The notes below the pieces were generated by a model. The model searched no databases and was not told the DNA's origin. It was given only the letters and a program-made list of their open reading frames with translations. Below, piece by piece: positions 32,836-42,238 of a stretch of 64,000 nt of DNA. The stretch is from Promethearchaeia archaeon. GTDB taxonomy: Archaea; Asgardarchaeota; Lokiarchaeia; Sigyniarchaeales; SOKP01. The translations under genes were made by a program, and so were the position numbers. Each line of letters starts with the position of its first letter. The first letter of the stretch is position 1. The stretch spans positions 65,525 through 129,524 of the forward strand of contig JAWOCD010000084.1 in NCBI GenBank assembly GCA_046483985.1, read 5' to 3'.

Positions 32836-34161
32836 TCATTCCATTAATTGGTTATAAACTTTATTGGTTTTCTCTGCCACTTTTTCCCACGTAAATCTTT
32901 TCTTCACACGTTTTTGACCAGATTTTCCTAATCTCTCTCTTAGTGCCCCATCACCTAACAATTTGAGAATTTTATTTGCGATATCTTCAGGATTATCAAA
33001 CTCCACAAGTAATCCGTTCTTATTATGATGGATTACTTCTGGTGTGGCTCCCGATCTTGCTCCAATTACAGGTGTAGCCGAGGCCCATGCTTCTAAATAA
33101 GCAATACCAAACGCATCTGATCGACTGGGCATTACATAAATATCTGATTCCGCAAAGGCAGTCATCTTTTTCTTATCAAAGTACCCGTTCATGTTAGCCG
33201 GAGTAAAATTAATGATGTATTTTCTTGTACTTTTAGATAAATTTGCCTTTTGCATATCGAAAGATTTGGTTGAGGGTCCAATAAAGACAAAATAAACACG
33301 AGGAAACTTTTCTAAAATATATGGTATAGCCTTTAATATCGATACTGCCCCTTTTTCATAATTTTTATAGCCACAAAATAAGATAAGTTTGTAATCATGT
33401 GTTCCCTCTTGGAAAAATTTGTCTTTAAAGGAGTAATTTTTATAAGTTTTCTTATGGACTCTCTGATATCTGTTAAAATCTACGCCCATAGGAATTACTT
33501 TTACTTTTTTTTCATCGATTTTTATTTTATTGGTTAAATATCTTTTTTCTCGTTCTGTGCAAGCGATTAACAGATCAAACTTATGAAGGGTCTCTTCTAA
33601 TTGAGAATTAGAATATCTGGGATTAGAATAGTGATAAAAAGGAGTACAAACCGTGGGAATATCTAATAATTTCCCTATATAAAGGGAAAAGATAAGGTTG
33701 AAATAAGGATAAAATGTAGTATGGATAAGATCATAAGACCCATTTATATCATTCTTATTTTTTCCAGACCAATCTTTAAAAAAATCAGTTAAATAAGGGC
33801 CATTTTTTAAATATTCACTTAAACATTCTCTGGAAAGGTCAAGAGATCTAAATAAGGAACAACTATTTAGATATTTAATAGAATTTTTCAAATCCACATC
33901 GTAGTTAACAGAATATCTTTTGATATCTAAATTATCGACGGAGTGAAAGTATTTATGCTCGTTTTCTATTTTTTTTCCTGTTTTTTCCCGTAAAGCTTTA
34001 AAATCTATTGCATTCGAAGTAAGAATCTTGACTTTATAATTATATTGCTTCTGAAATAATTTTGCTATTCTTTGTATATAAAACTCTGCCCCAGAGATTG
34101 CTGGGAAAAATCTTGTTGGAAAAAATAGAATACTCTTCAAAGTATATTCTTTTTTATACAT
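32836..34161 (-). CDS. Glycosyltransferase family 4
   Basis: SGAE, IPMGVD, YEKG, DAFGIAYLEAW. Confidence 0.9.
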   Translation of the reverse strand: MYKKEYTLKSILFFPTRFFPAISGAEFYIQRIAKLFQKQYNYKVKILTSNAIDFKALREKTGKKIENEHKYFHSVDNLDIKRYSVNYDVDLKNSIKYLNSCSLFRSLDLSRECLSEYLKNGPYLTDFFKDWSGKNKNDINGSYDLIHTTFYPYFNLIFSLYIGKLLDIPTVCTPFYHYSNPRYSNSQLEETLHKFDLLIACTEREKRYLTNKIKIDEKKVKVIPMGVDFNRYQRVHKKTYKNYSFKDKFFQEGTHDYKLILFCGYKNYEKGAVSILKAIPYILEKFPRVYFVFIGPSTKSFDMQKANLSKSTRKYIINFTPANMNGYFDKKKMTAFAESDIYVMPSRSDAFGIAYLEAWASATPVIGARSGATPEVIHHNKNGLLVEFDNPEDIANKILKLLGDGALRERLGKSGQKRVKKRFTWEKVAEKTNKVYNQLME

Positions 34162-34182
34162 TAATTTTATATATTATTTAGA

Positions 34183-34581
34183 ATGAAGCACAAAAAAAAA
34201 TTGTTATCACAAATTTATCAATATACTAAACGAGAAAAAAGAATTGATGATAAGCTTATTGAATTCCTTGAAGAGAGTTGTGATACAAGTTTCAAAAAGG
34301 TGCTTTCAATCATCAAAAATGGAATTACCAAATATATTTATAGTCCTTCCCGTAGAGCTGTTTGGATAGCTATCGGAGAGACTAATCAATATTTGATATA
34401 TCCAAAAATTTACTGCAGTTGTGTAGATTTCTATAAAAATGTTGTTATTAAACGTAAGAGAGAATGTTGTAAGCATTTAATCGCTCAAACTATTTGTGAG
34501 GCTCTTAATGATTTTCAAACAGTTCATTTTGAGGATTTAGAATTTGCAAATTTTTTAGATGATATAAAATCAGATATATAA
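34183..34581 (+). CDS. SWIM zinc finger protein
   Basis: CSCVDF...CKHLIA. Confidence 0.8.
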   Translation: MKHKKKLLSQIYQYTKREKRIDDKLIEFLEESCDTSFKKVLSIIKNGITKYIYSPSRRAVWIAIGETNQYLIYPKIYCSCVDFYKNVVIKRKRECCKHLIAQTICEALNDFQTVHFEDLEFANFLDDIKSDI

Positions 34582-35229
34582 GACGTCTGCCAGATTTATT
34601 GACCGGTCAATTATCTCGTTAAGATCCAATCTATCTTCATATTTCTGCACTTCCCTTTTCTTTGCATGTGTTTCTGGATATTGCGGGTTATAGTGGCAAG
34701 ATTCCAACTTATTGGCACATATTTGATAAAGCCCAGCTTCTCTGCTGATTTCTAAAATTTCTAATTTATTAAATCCAATTAAAGGGCTTAATTTAATATA
34801 ATTTGTCAAAACCTCATTATAAATATATAAGTTATCCAATGTTTGAGAGGCTTGCTCTCCCAAGATATCTCCCGTTACAAGAATATTTGTGTTTTCTGAG
34901 CGGCAAATTCTCTTCGCGATTCGATACATGAGTCTTTTACATAATATACATGTTAATTTTCGAGCGGCTTTCTTTTTTATAGTTTTTAAATTAGAAATAT
35001 GGTTTATAAAAAAAAGTTTTATTGGATGTACCGTAAAGTCCGATAATTTGTTAACTATTTTGACTATTTTCTGCTTCATTTCCTCGTTTTGTGAATCAGA
35101 GGTTAAAAATGAAAGGAAAACGGGTGTAAACTGTTTTTTAATTAGAAGATAGGACGCAATAGGACTGTCAAATCCCTCCGAAAGTAGAGAAACAAATTTA
35201 AAATTATTCATCTTCATTATTATCTTCAA
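34570..35229 (-). CDS. ThiI-like tRNA sulfurtransferase, catalytic domain only
   Basis: SEGFDSPIA PP-loop, CILCKRLMYRIA, TGDILGEQASQTLDNL; no THUMP domain. Confidence 0.8.
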   Translation of the reverse strand: MKIIMKMNNFKFVSLLSEGFDSPIASYLLIKKQFTPVFLSFLTSDSQNEEMKQKIVKIVNKLSDFTVHPIKLFFINHISNLKTIKKKAARKLTCILCKRLMYRIAKRICRSENTNILVTGDILGEQASQTLDNLYIYNEVLTNYIKLSPLIGFNKLEILEISREAGLYQICANKLESCHYNPQYPETHAKKREVQKYEDRLDLNEIIDRSINLADVLYI

Positions 35230-35821
35230 TAATAATCTCTTTTCTATCCCAATCTTTTAAGTATTTATTAAAGTCCTCAACTTTAATTTTTCTGAGTATC
35301 TTTATCTTTTTTTGGTATTCTAATTCTCGCACTTTAATCATAATTCTTTTATTCTTTTTGAGATGTGCTTCTGCGTTTTTATACTCTTCAGGGAAAATTT
35401 CTTTGATATCTTCCATATTCGAGTCCGTCAGTTCATCATAATTTTCAATCACAAAATTACACAACGGATCGATATCAATTTTAAAATTAAAAGCATCTTC
35501 TTGCTTTAAAGCTAGGGGATACGCTTGGCAGGCAAGAGGTTTTACATTATGAACAGTACATCCAACATCTTCATGATAAAAGGGACAGCACTGATCTTCA
35601 TTATCTAATCGAATTCGATAAGTTACTACCAATATCTTTTTATTTTTAATATCGGGAAAAACCAAATCTTCAATAACCCGGAAATGAACACCCTTCTTCT
35701 TAGCAATCGCGATTAATCTCTCAGCTTCTTCTGGATAAACGGGTATTCTTTTCGAATATTCTCCAGGAACTTCATGGCAGCAAATTCCGCACTGCATGCA
35801 TTTATACTTTAGGTCAATCAT
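35204..35821 (-). CDS. YkgJ/CxxCxxCC family Cys-cluster protein
   Basis: CMQCGICC, CPF, CTVHNVKPLACQAYP. Confidence 0.85.
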   Translation of the reverse strand: MIDLKYKCMQCGICCHEVPGEYSKRIPVYPEEAERLIAIAKKKGVHFRVIEDLVFPDIKNKKILVVTYRIRLDNEDQCCPFYHEDVGCTVHNVKPLACQAYPLALKQEDAFNFKIDIDPLCNFVIENYDELTDSNMEDIKEIFPEEYKNAEAHLKKNKRIMIKVRELEYQKKIKILRKIKVEDFNKYLKDWDRKEIIIEDNNEDE

Positions 35822-36093
35822 TTATAACAATGAATAAAAATTTCTCTTAGATTTTAAAAAACTCAATAAACATAATTAGATTTTTCCAATAAAGGTTATC
35901 TTTAATTCTCAAAAGTCTTGTTAAATAAATTATTCTTTTTATGTTATTGAAATATTATTTAACGATAAATCAGCAGACTAGTCCAGATATTACAGCTTTT
36001 ATTAAGAGATAATGAGGTTTTATTTCTTAACAGAATTACTCTAAAAATAGAACACTATTTTTAGAAAAAAAAAATAATAAGAGGTATAAAATA

Positions 36094-36912
36094 TTGAGTG
36101 ATTCAGGAATAAAAATCATAAAACATCTTGATGTTTCCAGTATTGAATTAAATAAACCAATTGCAATTCTAGGAATGCCAGGTATTGCCGATATCGGAAA
36201 ATTTGCACTTGATTCTTTAGTGGGTCAATTAGAGGCAAAAAGTATGACTGACATCATTTTTGATGGATATCCCGCCGGTGCTATAGTTGACGATAGTCTA
36301 TTATCCGTTCCGAAGGCAGAAATTTTACTATGGAGGGATCCCGAACATGTAAGAGATATCTTATTAGTAACTGCAGATGCTCAGAGTTTAACACCAAAAG
36401 GAATATATAAAATCTCTAATTTTCTCACGGAAATGTTGTTTAAAATGGGAACGGATTTGATAATAGCTTTAGGCGGATATCCGGTTAATGGTCAAAATAT
36501 TAAGTCTAAGATTCCCAAAATCTATTGTACATCCACTAACCAAAAGCTTCTCAATAATTACGTTCAAGAAGATAACTGCGAGAAAATAAAAAAAGGAGTA
36601 ATTATCGGAGCGAATGGTTTAATTCCAACGTTGGCTAAATCTCGGTATAATGTTAATGGATTAGTATTCTTGGCAGAAACGGATAATGTTGCTATGGTGA
36701 ATGAAGATATTACCGATTTAAAAGCATCTATTACGTTATTGAATATGCTAAAATCGACTTTTATGTTACCAATTAAAAATAAATTCAACATGGAGAATAT
36801 TGAAAATATTAACAAAAACCTACAGTCGAAAAAAGATCAATTGGAAAAAGAACTCGATAAAATTCAATTGGTTGATAGTAAGGACGAGAAACGTAAATCC
36901 TTGTATATTTAA
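36094..36912 (+). CDS. PAC2-family proteasome assembly chaperone (PbaB-like)
   Basis: GMPGIADIG, DAQ, IIALGG, IIGANGLI, AET; C-terminal HbYX motif LYI. Confidence 0.82.
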   Translation: MSDSGIKIIKHLDVSSIELNKPIAILGMPGIADIGKFALDSLVGQLEAKSMTDIIFDGYPAGAIVDDSLLSVPKAEILLWRDPEHVRDILLVTADAQSLTPKGIYKISNFLTEMLFKMGTDLIIALGGYPVNGQNIKSKIPKIYCTSTNQKLLNNYVQEDNCEKIKKGVIIGANGLIPTLAKSRYNVNGLVFLAETDNVAMVNEDITDLKASITLLNMLKSTFMLPIKNKFNMENIENINKNLQSKKDQLEKELDKIQLVDSKDEKRKSLYI

Positions 36913-36975
36913 AATTTTAATTTCTCTTTTCTCTTTTTTAATTAAGAATATCTATCAAATAAAAACAATTAAGAA

Positions 36976-37140
36976 TTATTTAACCTTTATTCTTTTAATA
37001 ACGTCAGGTCGCTTTTTATAAAGGATTCTAAATCCACAATGAGAGCATTTTATACCTGGTAATGCAATTAGTTCTTCTTTACTTACTTCTTTTCCGCAAG
37101 ATTTTCTCGCACAAACGTATTTCATAAAAACCACTTTCAT
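36976..37140 (-). CDS. rpoP: DNA-directed RNA polymerase subunit P (Rpo12); not in ORF track
   Basis: Hand translation MKVVFMKYVCARKSCGKEVSKEELIALPGIKCSHCGFRILYKKRPDVIKRIKVK; alternative start at 37125. Confidence 0.9.
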   Translation of the reverse strand: MKVVFMKYVCARKSCGKEVSKEELIALPGIKCSHCGFRILYKKRPDVIKRIKVK

Positions 37141-37204
37141 AAAAAATTATTTTACACTATCAATTAAAAGGGCATTTCAATTAAATTTTACGATTTCCCC
37201 CTTT

Positions 37205-38125
37205 TTAGAGATTTAAATGGTTGATGATCTCTTTGTATCTATTACGAATGGTAGCTTCAGTTACCCCCGCCGTTTTAGAGATCTCTTTTTGAGTTCTTCT
37301 CTCTCCTTCTTGCATTGCAGCAACATATAATGCTGCACCAGCTAATCCAGAAGGAGATTTCCCCGTGGTAAAGTGATGCTTTTTAGATAATTTAATTAAT
37401 TCCGCCGCTCTTTTTAAAGTTTTACCAGAGAGATTTAGATCAGAACAAAACCTTGGGATATAAGTTTTAGGAGAAGATGCCTTCAAATTAAGATTTAACT
37501 CCCGGATAATCAATCGGAAACATCGAATAATCTTTTTCTTACCAACTGTGGCAAACTCAGTAAAATCAGCAACCCGTTTTGGAATGTTATTTATCTTACA
37601 AGAAACATAGATTGCTGCTATCAACATTGCTTCGATTGATCTCCCCCTGATCATATTTTTGCGAGCAATTTTTCTATATATTAATGCTGCAGACTCTTTT
37701 ATATCTTTTGGCAAATTTAATTGAGAAGAAAGCCGTTCCAATTCATTTAATGCTCTGGATAAATTCCTATCTATTGATTTATTTGTACGGCTTCTAATAT
37801 GCCACTTTCTTAAACGATAGATATTTGCCTTCATTTTAGGGCTTATGGATCTACCAAAAGCGTCTTTATTCCTCCGTCCAATCATCGTACTTAAACCTTT
37901 ATCATGCATCGTGAGGGTAGTGGGGGCTCCCACTCTTACCTTCTTACTAGCTTCCTCAGCACTAAAGGCTCTCCATTCAGGTCCAGTATCTATTATTCGC
38001 TGAGTTATTACTAGTCCGCAAGAACCACATATTAATTCTGCTCTAGAATCATCCGAAATTAAACTTTTATTCCCACACTCGGGACATTCTATACGTTTAT
38101 TGGAATCTTTTTGCAACATATTCAA
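37205..38125 (-). CDS. tfb: Transcription initiation factor B
   Basis: CPECG..CGSCG Zn ribbon, IDTGPEWRAF, HDKGLST, GRSIE, TIRNRYKE. Confidence 0.96.
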   Translation of the reverse strand: MNMLQKDSNKRIECPECGNKSLISDDSRAELICGSCGLVITQRIIDTGPEWRAFSAEEASKKVRVGAPTTLTMHDKGLSTMIGRRNKDAFGRSISPKMKANIYRLRKWHIRSRTNKSIDRNLSRALNELERLSSQLNLPKDIKESAALIYRKIARKNMIRGRSIEAMLIAAIYVSCKINNIPKRVADFTEFATVGKKKIIRCFRLIIRELNLNLKASSPKTYIPRFCSDLNLSGKTLKRAAELIKLSKKHHFTTGKSPSGLAGAALYVAAMQEGERRTQKEISKTAGVTEATIRNRYKEIINHLNL

Positions 38126-38369
38126 ATATATGTTTCATCTTTGTATTCTCATTCTTAGGATTAATAATTATATTCATGTTTTTAAATATTTGCGTTTTCA
38201 ATATTATATTGACTAATCATCTCCGCATGTTTCTCCAAAGATCATATCTGGTTAATAATTTTTATTTCGTGGGAAATAATTTGCGACATTATTTTCTATC
38301 TTATAAACTATGAATTTTAGTAAATAGCACAGAAGTATTTAAAGCATAAAACCTTATACTCTGCCTATT

Positions 38370-38724
38370 ATGAAAAGGGAGCAACTTAAACAGATTTATG
38401 AGGTCTCTATAAATGAAAAAATAATGCTTAAACATTGGATAAAAAAAAACGCACATGAAAATGGGATCTGGCGTGGACATGATCTTGGATGGAATCGTGT
38501 TTCTTCACAACATTGAAGCATTTCAAGACTACATTCTCGATAAAGAGCGGCAAAGCTCTAAGTTAGAAGGAATTATCGCCGCACGCCCCTGGGACCAAGA
38601 ATTAACGTCCTTAAAACGTGGCCTAAAGATTCATCTTAGTTGGGTAAAGAAGGATTATGGGAAATACACGGAAGTATACAATAAGTTTTACAAGTTGAGT
38701 CATAAAGATTTTATTGACGAGTGA
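38370..38724 (+). CDS. Hypothetical protein, probably split by a frameshift in an A9 run (ORF track shows only 38455..38724)
   Basis: The ATG 38370 frame joins the 38455 frame if one A is removed from 38441-38449. Confidence 0.45.
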
Positions 38725-38899
38725 ATTAGGAAACACTTAAAAAAAAAGATGCTTGATTTGTTTTAAACTTGTTTAAAAGTTTGGAATTGATCAATAAATT
38801 TTAATAAAAATTTTATAATTTATTATATGATAAATATTATTATTGTACGAATTTATATGTTGTATATTTAAATTTTTATAAAAATAGGGATATTAATAA

Positions 38900-39517
38900 A
38901 TGCCAGTAGATTACGAAACGGCTGTTTATAATTTAATGGAAGCCGAACCAGCCATAATTGCAGTTGCAATAGTCAAAGGAAAAGATATAGTTTATTCAAC
39001 AGATAATTGGGATATTAGTAATGATCTTTCTCAAGTCCTTTCGAGCTGGAATTCAATGAATGCTCAATTCATAAAGATTAGCGGTGTAAAGTATTCAATG
39101 TTACAATGCACGGTAGAAAGAATCACTGCAACCTCACTAAAGGGAGAAGGGCATATTGTGGGTGCAAAAGATGAAGAGCATAAGGTAATTTCATATGTAG
39201 AGGCGGAAGGAGATATGAGAACAGCATATCCGGAAACCGCGCGATGTTTATCTTCGCTTAGTTCAAAAGGGCCTTATATGGACGCCAACACCCAATTGGG
39301 ATCAGGAGAAGAGGGTGGTGGTGCCGCAACCGCTGGAGGAGGAGCATCTAACGTAGATCCTCAGCTCAAAAGTGAGATAGAGGCATTTTTGGAGTGGATA
39401 AACTCTAAAGACGGTCTCCCAGGTTATATAAAATATTATTTAGAACAAAACGACTCACAAGTTATCTCCCAATTAGCGGAAGTATATAATGAGTTACGAG
39501 GGATTTTTGGAGTTTAG
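38900..39517 (+). CDS. Asgard-type profilin with Gly-rich linker and extra C-terminal helical domain
   Basis: AVAIVKGKDIVYSTDNWDI, ISGVKYSMLQCTVERITATSLKGEGHIV match the Loki profilin pattern as I recall it; ~85 extra residues. Confidence 0.8.
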   Translation: MPVDYETAVYNLMEAEPAIIAVAIVKGKDIVYSTDNWDISNDLSQVLSSWNSMNAQFIKISGVKYSMLQCTVERITATSLKGEGHIVGAKDEEHKVISYVEAEGDMRTAYPETARCLSSLSSKGPYMDANTQLGSGEEGGGAATAGGGASNVDPQLKSEIEAFLEWINSKDGLPGYIKYYLEQNDSQVISQLAEVYNELRGIFGV

Positions 39518-39615
39518 ATTTTGTTTTTTAAAGTTAATTTTTAATTATATCCAAACAATATTAATAGTAGGAACTTAATTTCATTAAAATTATTTTATTA
39601 CCACAATAAAATAGA

Positions 39616-40740
39616 GTGAGAACTTTGGTTTTAGAATTCTATAAAGTAAAAGAGGACAAAATCTTTTTATCTAATGATTTTACCCATAATGATATTGTAT
39701 TCATTTTGGACGGAAAAGCAGGGTATATTTGGAAAGGAAAAAAAGCAAAAAATTTAGATGAATTAACTGCCAAGAAGGTCGAATCTTTAATTCGGAAAAG
39801 ATTTCAAGATACAAATTTTCAATTAATCCAAAAAGCAAATATCTATGAATCAGATAACCCAAAAATAAAAGAAATTAAAAAAGGACTCAATAAAAGACTT
39901 CCCAATCCAGTTATTTCCTCCATAAAGAATACTCCCAAATCGTTTTTTTATAAAATAAAGGAAAAATATAAAAAAATAAAAAATTATGAAGATTCATGGA
40001 AATGGAGGAGTAAACTCTCCAATATTACAAATATATGGAGATTATTAATACTTAATGTCATCATTATTTTCATTTCGATAATCTTAATGATGAATAAATC
40101 TATTTTTTATCTTCAATTGAACGATTTTTCTCTATTAATCGCTCTCCTGTCTTTAGGGATAATTTCCATCATGAATCTTATCTATATCATTTTTCCAATG
40201 AAGATACAAGTATTGGATTTATATACAAAAGAAAAAAGGAAGGAAGGAGAACTACCCCCTAGTCCAAAGCTTCCAGAACATAAAAAAGGAGTAAGGAAAA
40301 CGAAAGCAAAGGTAAAGAAAATTGAGATTCCAGATATAAAACCATCCAAGAAAAAGGAAAAAAAAGGAAAAAAAAAAGAGAGTTTGGAATACTCCTCTGA
40401 AGAGGAAGAGGAATTAGATGTTCCAAGCATACCTGAGGCGCCTGAAAAGAGATTAAATGTAAAGATCGAGGATCCTAATCTTTCCACAGAAGTTGTTAAG
40501 AAAATGGAAGAATTAGATAAAAAAAATAACGAAGTGGTGTTAGTTAATTGCGATAGATGTAAATCAGTCATACCAATTCCTGTGCCCAAGGATGCTGTAG
40601 AGAAATCTGAATTGCCTATTGTTCCCATTAGTTACGTTCATAAAAATATGAAAGCAAAAGATAAGCATTGTATTACAATCCACCTAGATCATGACTTTGA
40701 TATAAGAAGACGAAGATTTTCAGATGTAATTACTGAATAG
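39616..40740 (+). CDS. Gelsolin-like domain + 2 TM helices + Pro/Lys-rich linker + Cys/His Zn domain
   Basis: DFTHNDIVFILDGKAGYIWKGKKA..E gelsolin core; hydrophobic segments at ~aa 143-195; C-terminal CDRC..H..HC. Confidence 0.65.
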   Translation: MRTLVLEFYKVKEDKIFLSNDFTHNDIVFILDGKAGYIWKGKKAKNLDELTAKKVESLIRKRFQDTNFQLIQKANIYESDNPKIKEIKKGLNKRLPNPVISSIKNTPKSFFYKIKEKYKKIKNYEDSWKWRSKLSNITNIWRLLILNVIIIFISIILMMNKSIFYLQLNDFSLLIALLSLGIISIMNLIYIIFPMKIQVLDLYTKEKRKEGELPPSPKLPEHKKGVRKTKAKVKKIEIPDIKPSKKKEKKGKKKESLEYSSEEEEELDVPSIPEAPEKRLNVKIEDPNLSTEVVKKMEELDKKNNEVVLVNCDRCKSVIPIPVPKDAVEKSELPIVPISYVHKNMKAKDKHCITIHLDHDFDIRRRRFSDVITE

Positions 40741-40814
40741 AACTAATCCTCAGTCAGAAAAAAAAGCAACACTTTTTTACTTAAGTTTTTAATTATTTTT
40801 TAATTATCCTCACT

Positions 40815-41888
40815 ATGGAAATAAATGTAGGAGTTATTGGAGCGAGCGGATACGCGGGCGGAGAAGCTGTTCGACTTTTGAATTTTCATCCGAATGTGAA
40901 CGTTACCTATATTACCTCTCGGAGATTGATCGGAAAATATTTTCATACCGTGTATCCTAACTTAAGAAATATAACCAACATCAAATTTGAAGAGTATGAT
41001 GTTGAAACGGCGAAAGAAAAGTGTGATCTGGTTATTTTGGGGGTTCCCCATGGAATTTCACAGAACTTTATCCCCGAATTAAGAGAAGTTGGATTAAAAG
41101 TAATAGATTTGAGCGCTGATTTTCGACTTAAAGATCCTACTGTTTATAAAAAATATTATAAAAAAGAACATTCAACAACAGAATATCTTGAACAAGCCGT
41201 ATACGGAATGCCAGAACTTCATAGGGATGAGATTAAAGACGCTAATTTAATTGCGGTGCCCGGATGTCAAGCCGCTTCAGCAATATATGCATTATTCCCG
41301 CTAATTAAAGAAGGCATTATAGATACGGAGAGTATAATTGTTGATTCAAAAACTGGTTCCTCGGGATCTGGTGCTGGACATAATAAGGCATCGCATCATC
41401 CTACCAGAGCAAATAGCATCCGTCCCTATAAAATGACTGGGCACAGACACACTGGCGAAATTGAACAAGAATTATCTAATTTGTCTGATCCTAACGGTCC
41501 CCAGGTTAAAGTGGGATTTTCGGCTCATGCAGTCAATTTGGTAAGAGGTATATCATCAACTTGTCATACCTTTTTTAAAGATAAAAGTAAAATCAATAAA
41601 AGAACCTTGTTTAAAGCATATAGAAAAAACTTAAGAAATGAACCATTTCTTCGATTGATAAAACAAAATACGGGAGTTTTTCGGTTACCAGATCCTAAAT
41701 TAATTGCCGGTACCAATTATTGCGATGTGGGATTTCAAATTGATCCCCATATGAATCGAATTGTCGCCTTGAGTGCTTTAGATAATTTAATCAAAGGAAC
41801 AGCGGGAAATGCAGTACAATGTTTAAATCTTATGCACGGTTTTTCTGAAGAAACAGCATTAGAATTTCCGGGGTTTTACCCCTCTTAA
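40815..41888 (+). CDS. argC: N-acetyl-gamma-glutamyl-phosphate reductase (ArgC/LysY)
   Basis: GASGYAG, IDLSADFRL, VPGC, SGSG, HRH, DNLIKG. Confidence 0.92.
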   Translation: MEINVGVIGASGYAGGEAVRLLNFHPNVNVTYITSRRLIGKYFHTVYPNLRNITNIKFEEYDVETAKEKCDLVILGVPHGISQNFIPELREVGLKVIDLSADFRLKDPTVYKKYYKKEHSTTEYLEQAVYGMPELHRDEIKDANLIAVPGCQAASAIYALFPLIKEGIIDTESIIVDSKTGSSGSGAGHNKASHHPTRANSIRPYKMTGHRHTGEIEQELSNLSDPNGPQVKVGFSAHAVNLVRGISSTCHTFFKDKSKINKRTLFKAYRKNLRNEPFLRLIKQNTGVFRLPDPKLIAGTNYCDVGFQIDPHMNRIVALSALDNLIKGTAGNAVQCLNLMHGFSEETALEFPGFYPS

Positions 41889-41894
41889 AAATTT

Positions 41895-42116
41895 CTAGAG
41901 CATTACAATTAATAACCCAATTAAAATTGGAGACAAACAAATAAAGCATAAAAAGCCATAGAAACTTAATTTCCACTTGATATATTCATTTGGATTTAAA
42001 ATTACTCCACAATTTGGGCAATACTTCTGATGTGGATCAATAATTTCCGTTTGGCAATTATAACATGATCCTTTTATGGATTTCTTTTCCAAAGCTTTTT
42101 TGTCGGTTTCCAACAT
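41895..42116 (-). CDS. Small Zn-ribbon protein with C-terminal TM
   Basis: CYNC..CPNCG; hydrophobic tail. Confidence 0.65.
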   Translation of the reverse strand: MLETDKKALEKKSIKGSCYNCQTEIIDPHQKYCPNCGVILNPNEYIKWKLSFYGFLCFICLSPILIGLLIVML

Positions 42117-42238
42117 AAAAATTTAGCAAAACATAGAATTCTGAAAATTGATAATAAGGTAAATCTTTAAACCAAATTTAATATATATAAAAATATAATA
42201 GAATTTTTAAAGTATTGCTATAAATCAAGTTAAAGATA

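Noticed and set aside
36800-37021. 73-aa + strand ORF
   Set aside because: Overlaps the PAC2 gene out of frame and rpoP on the opposite strand.
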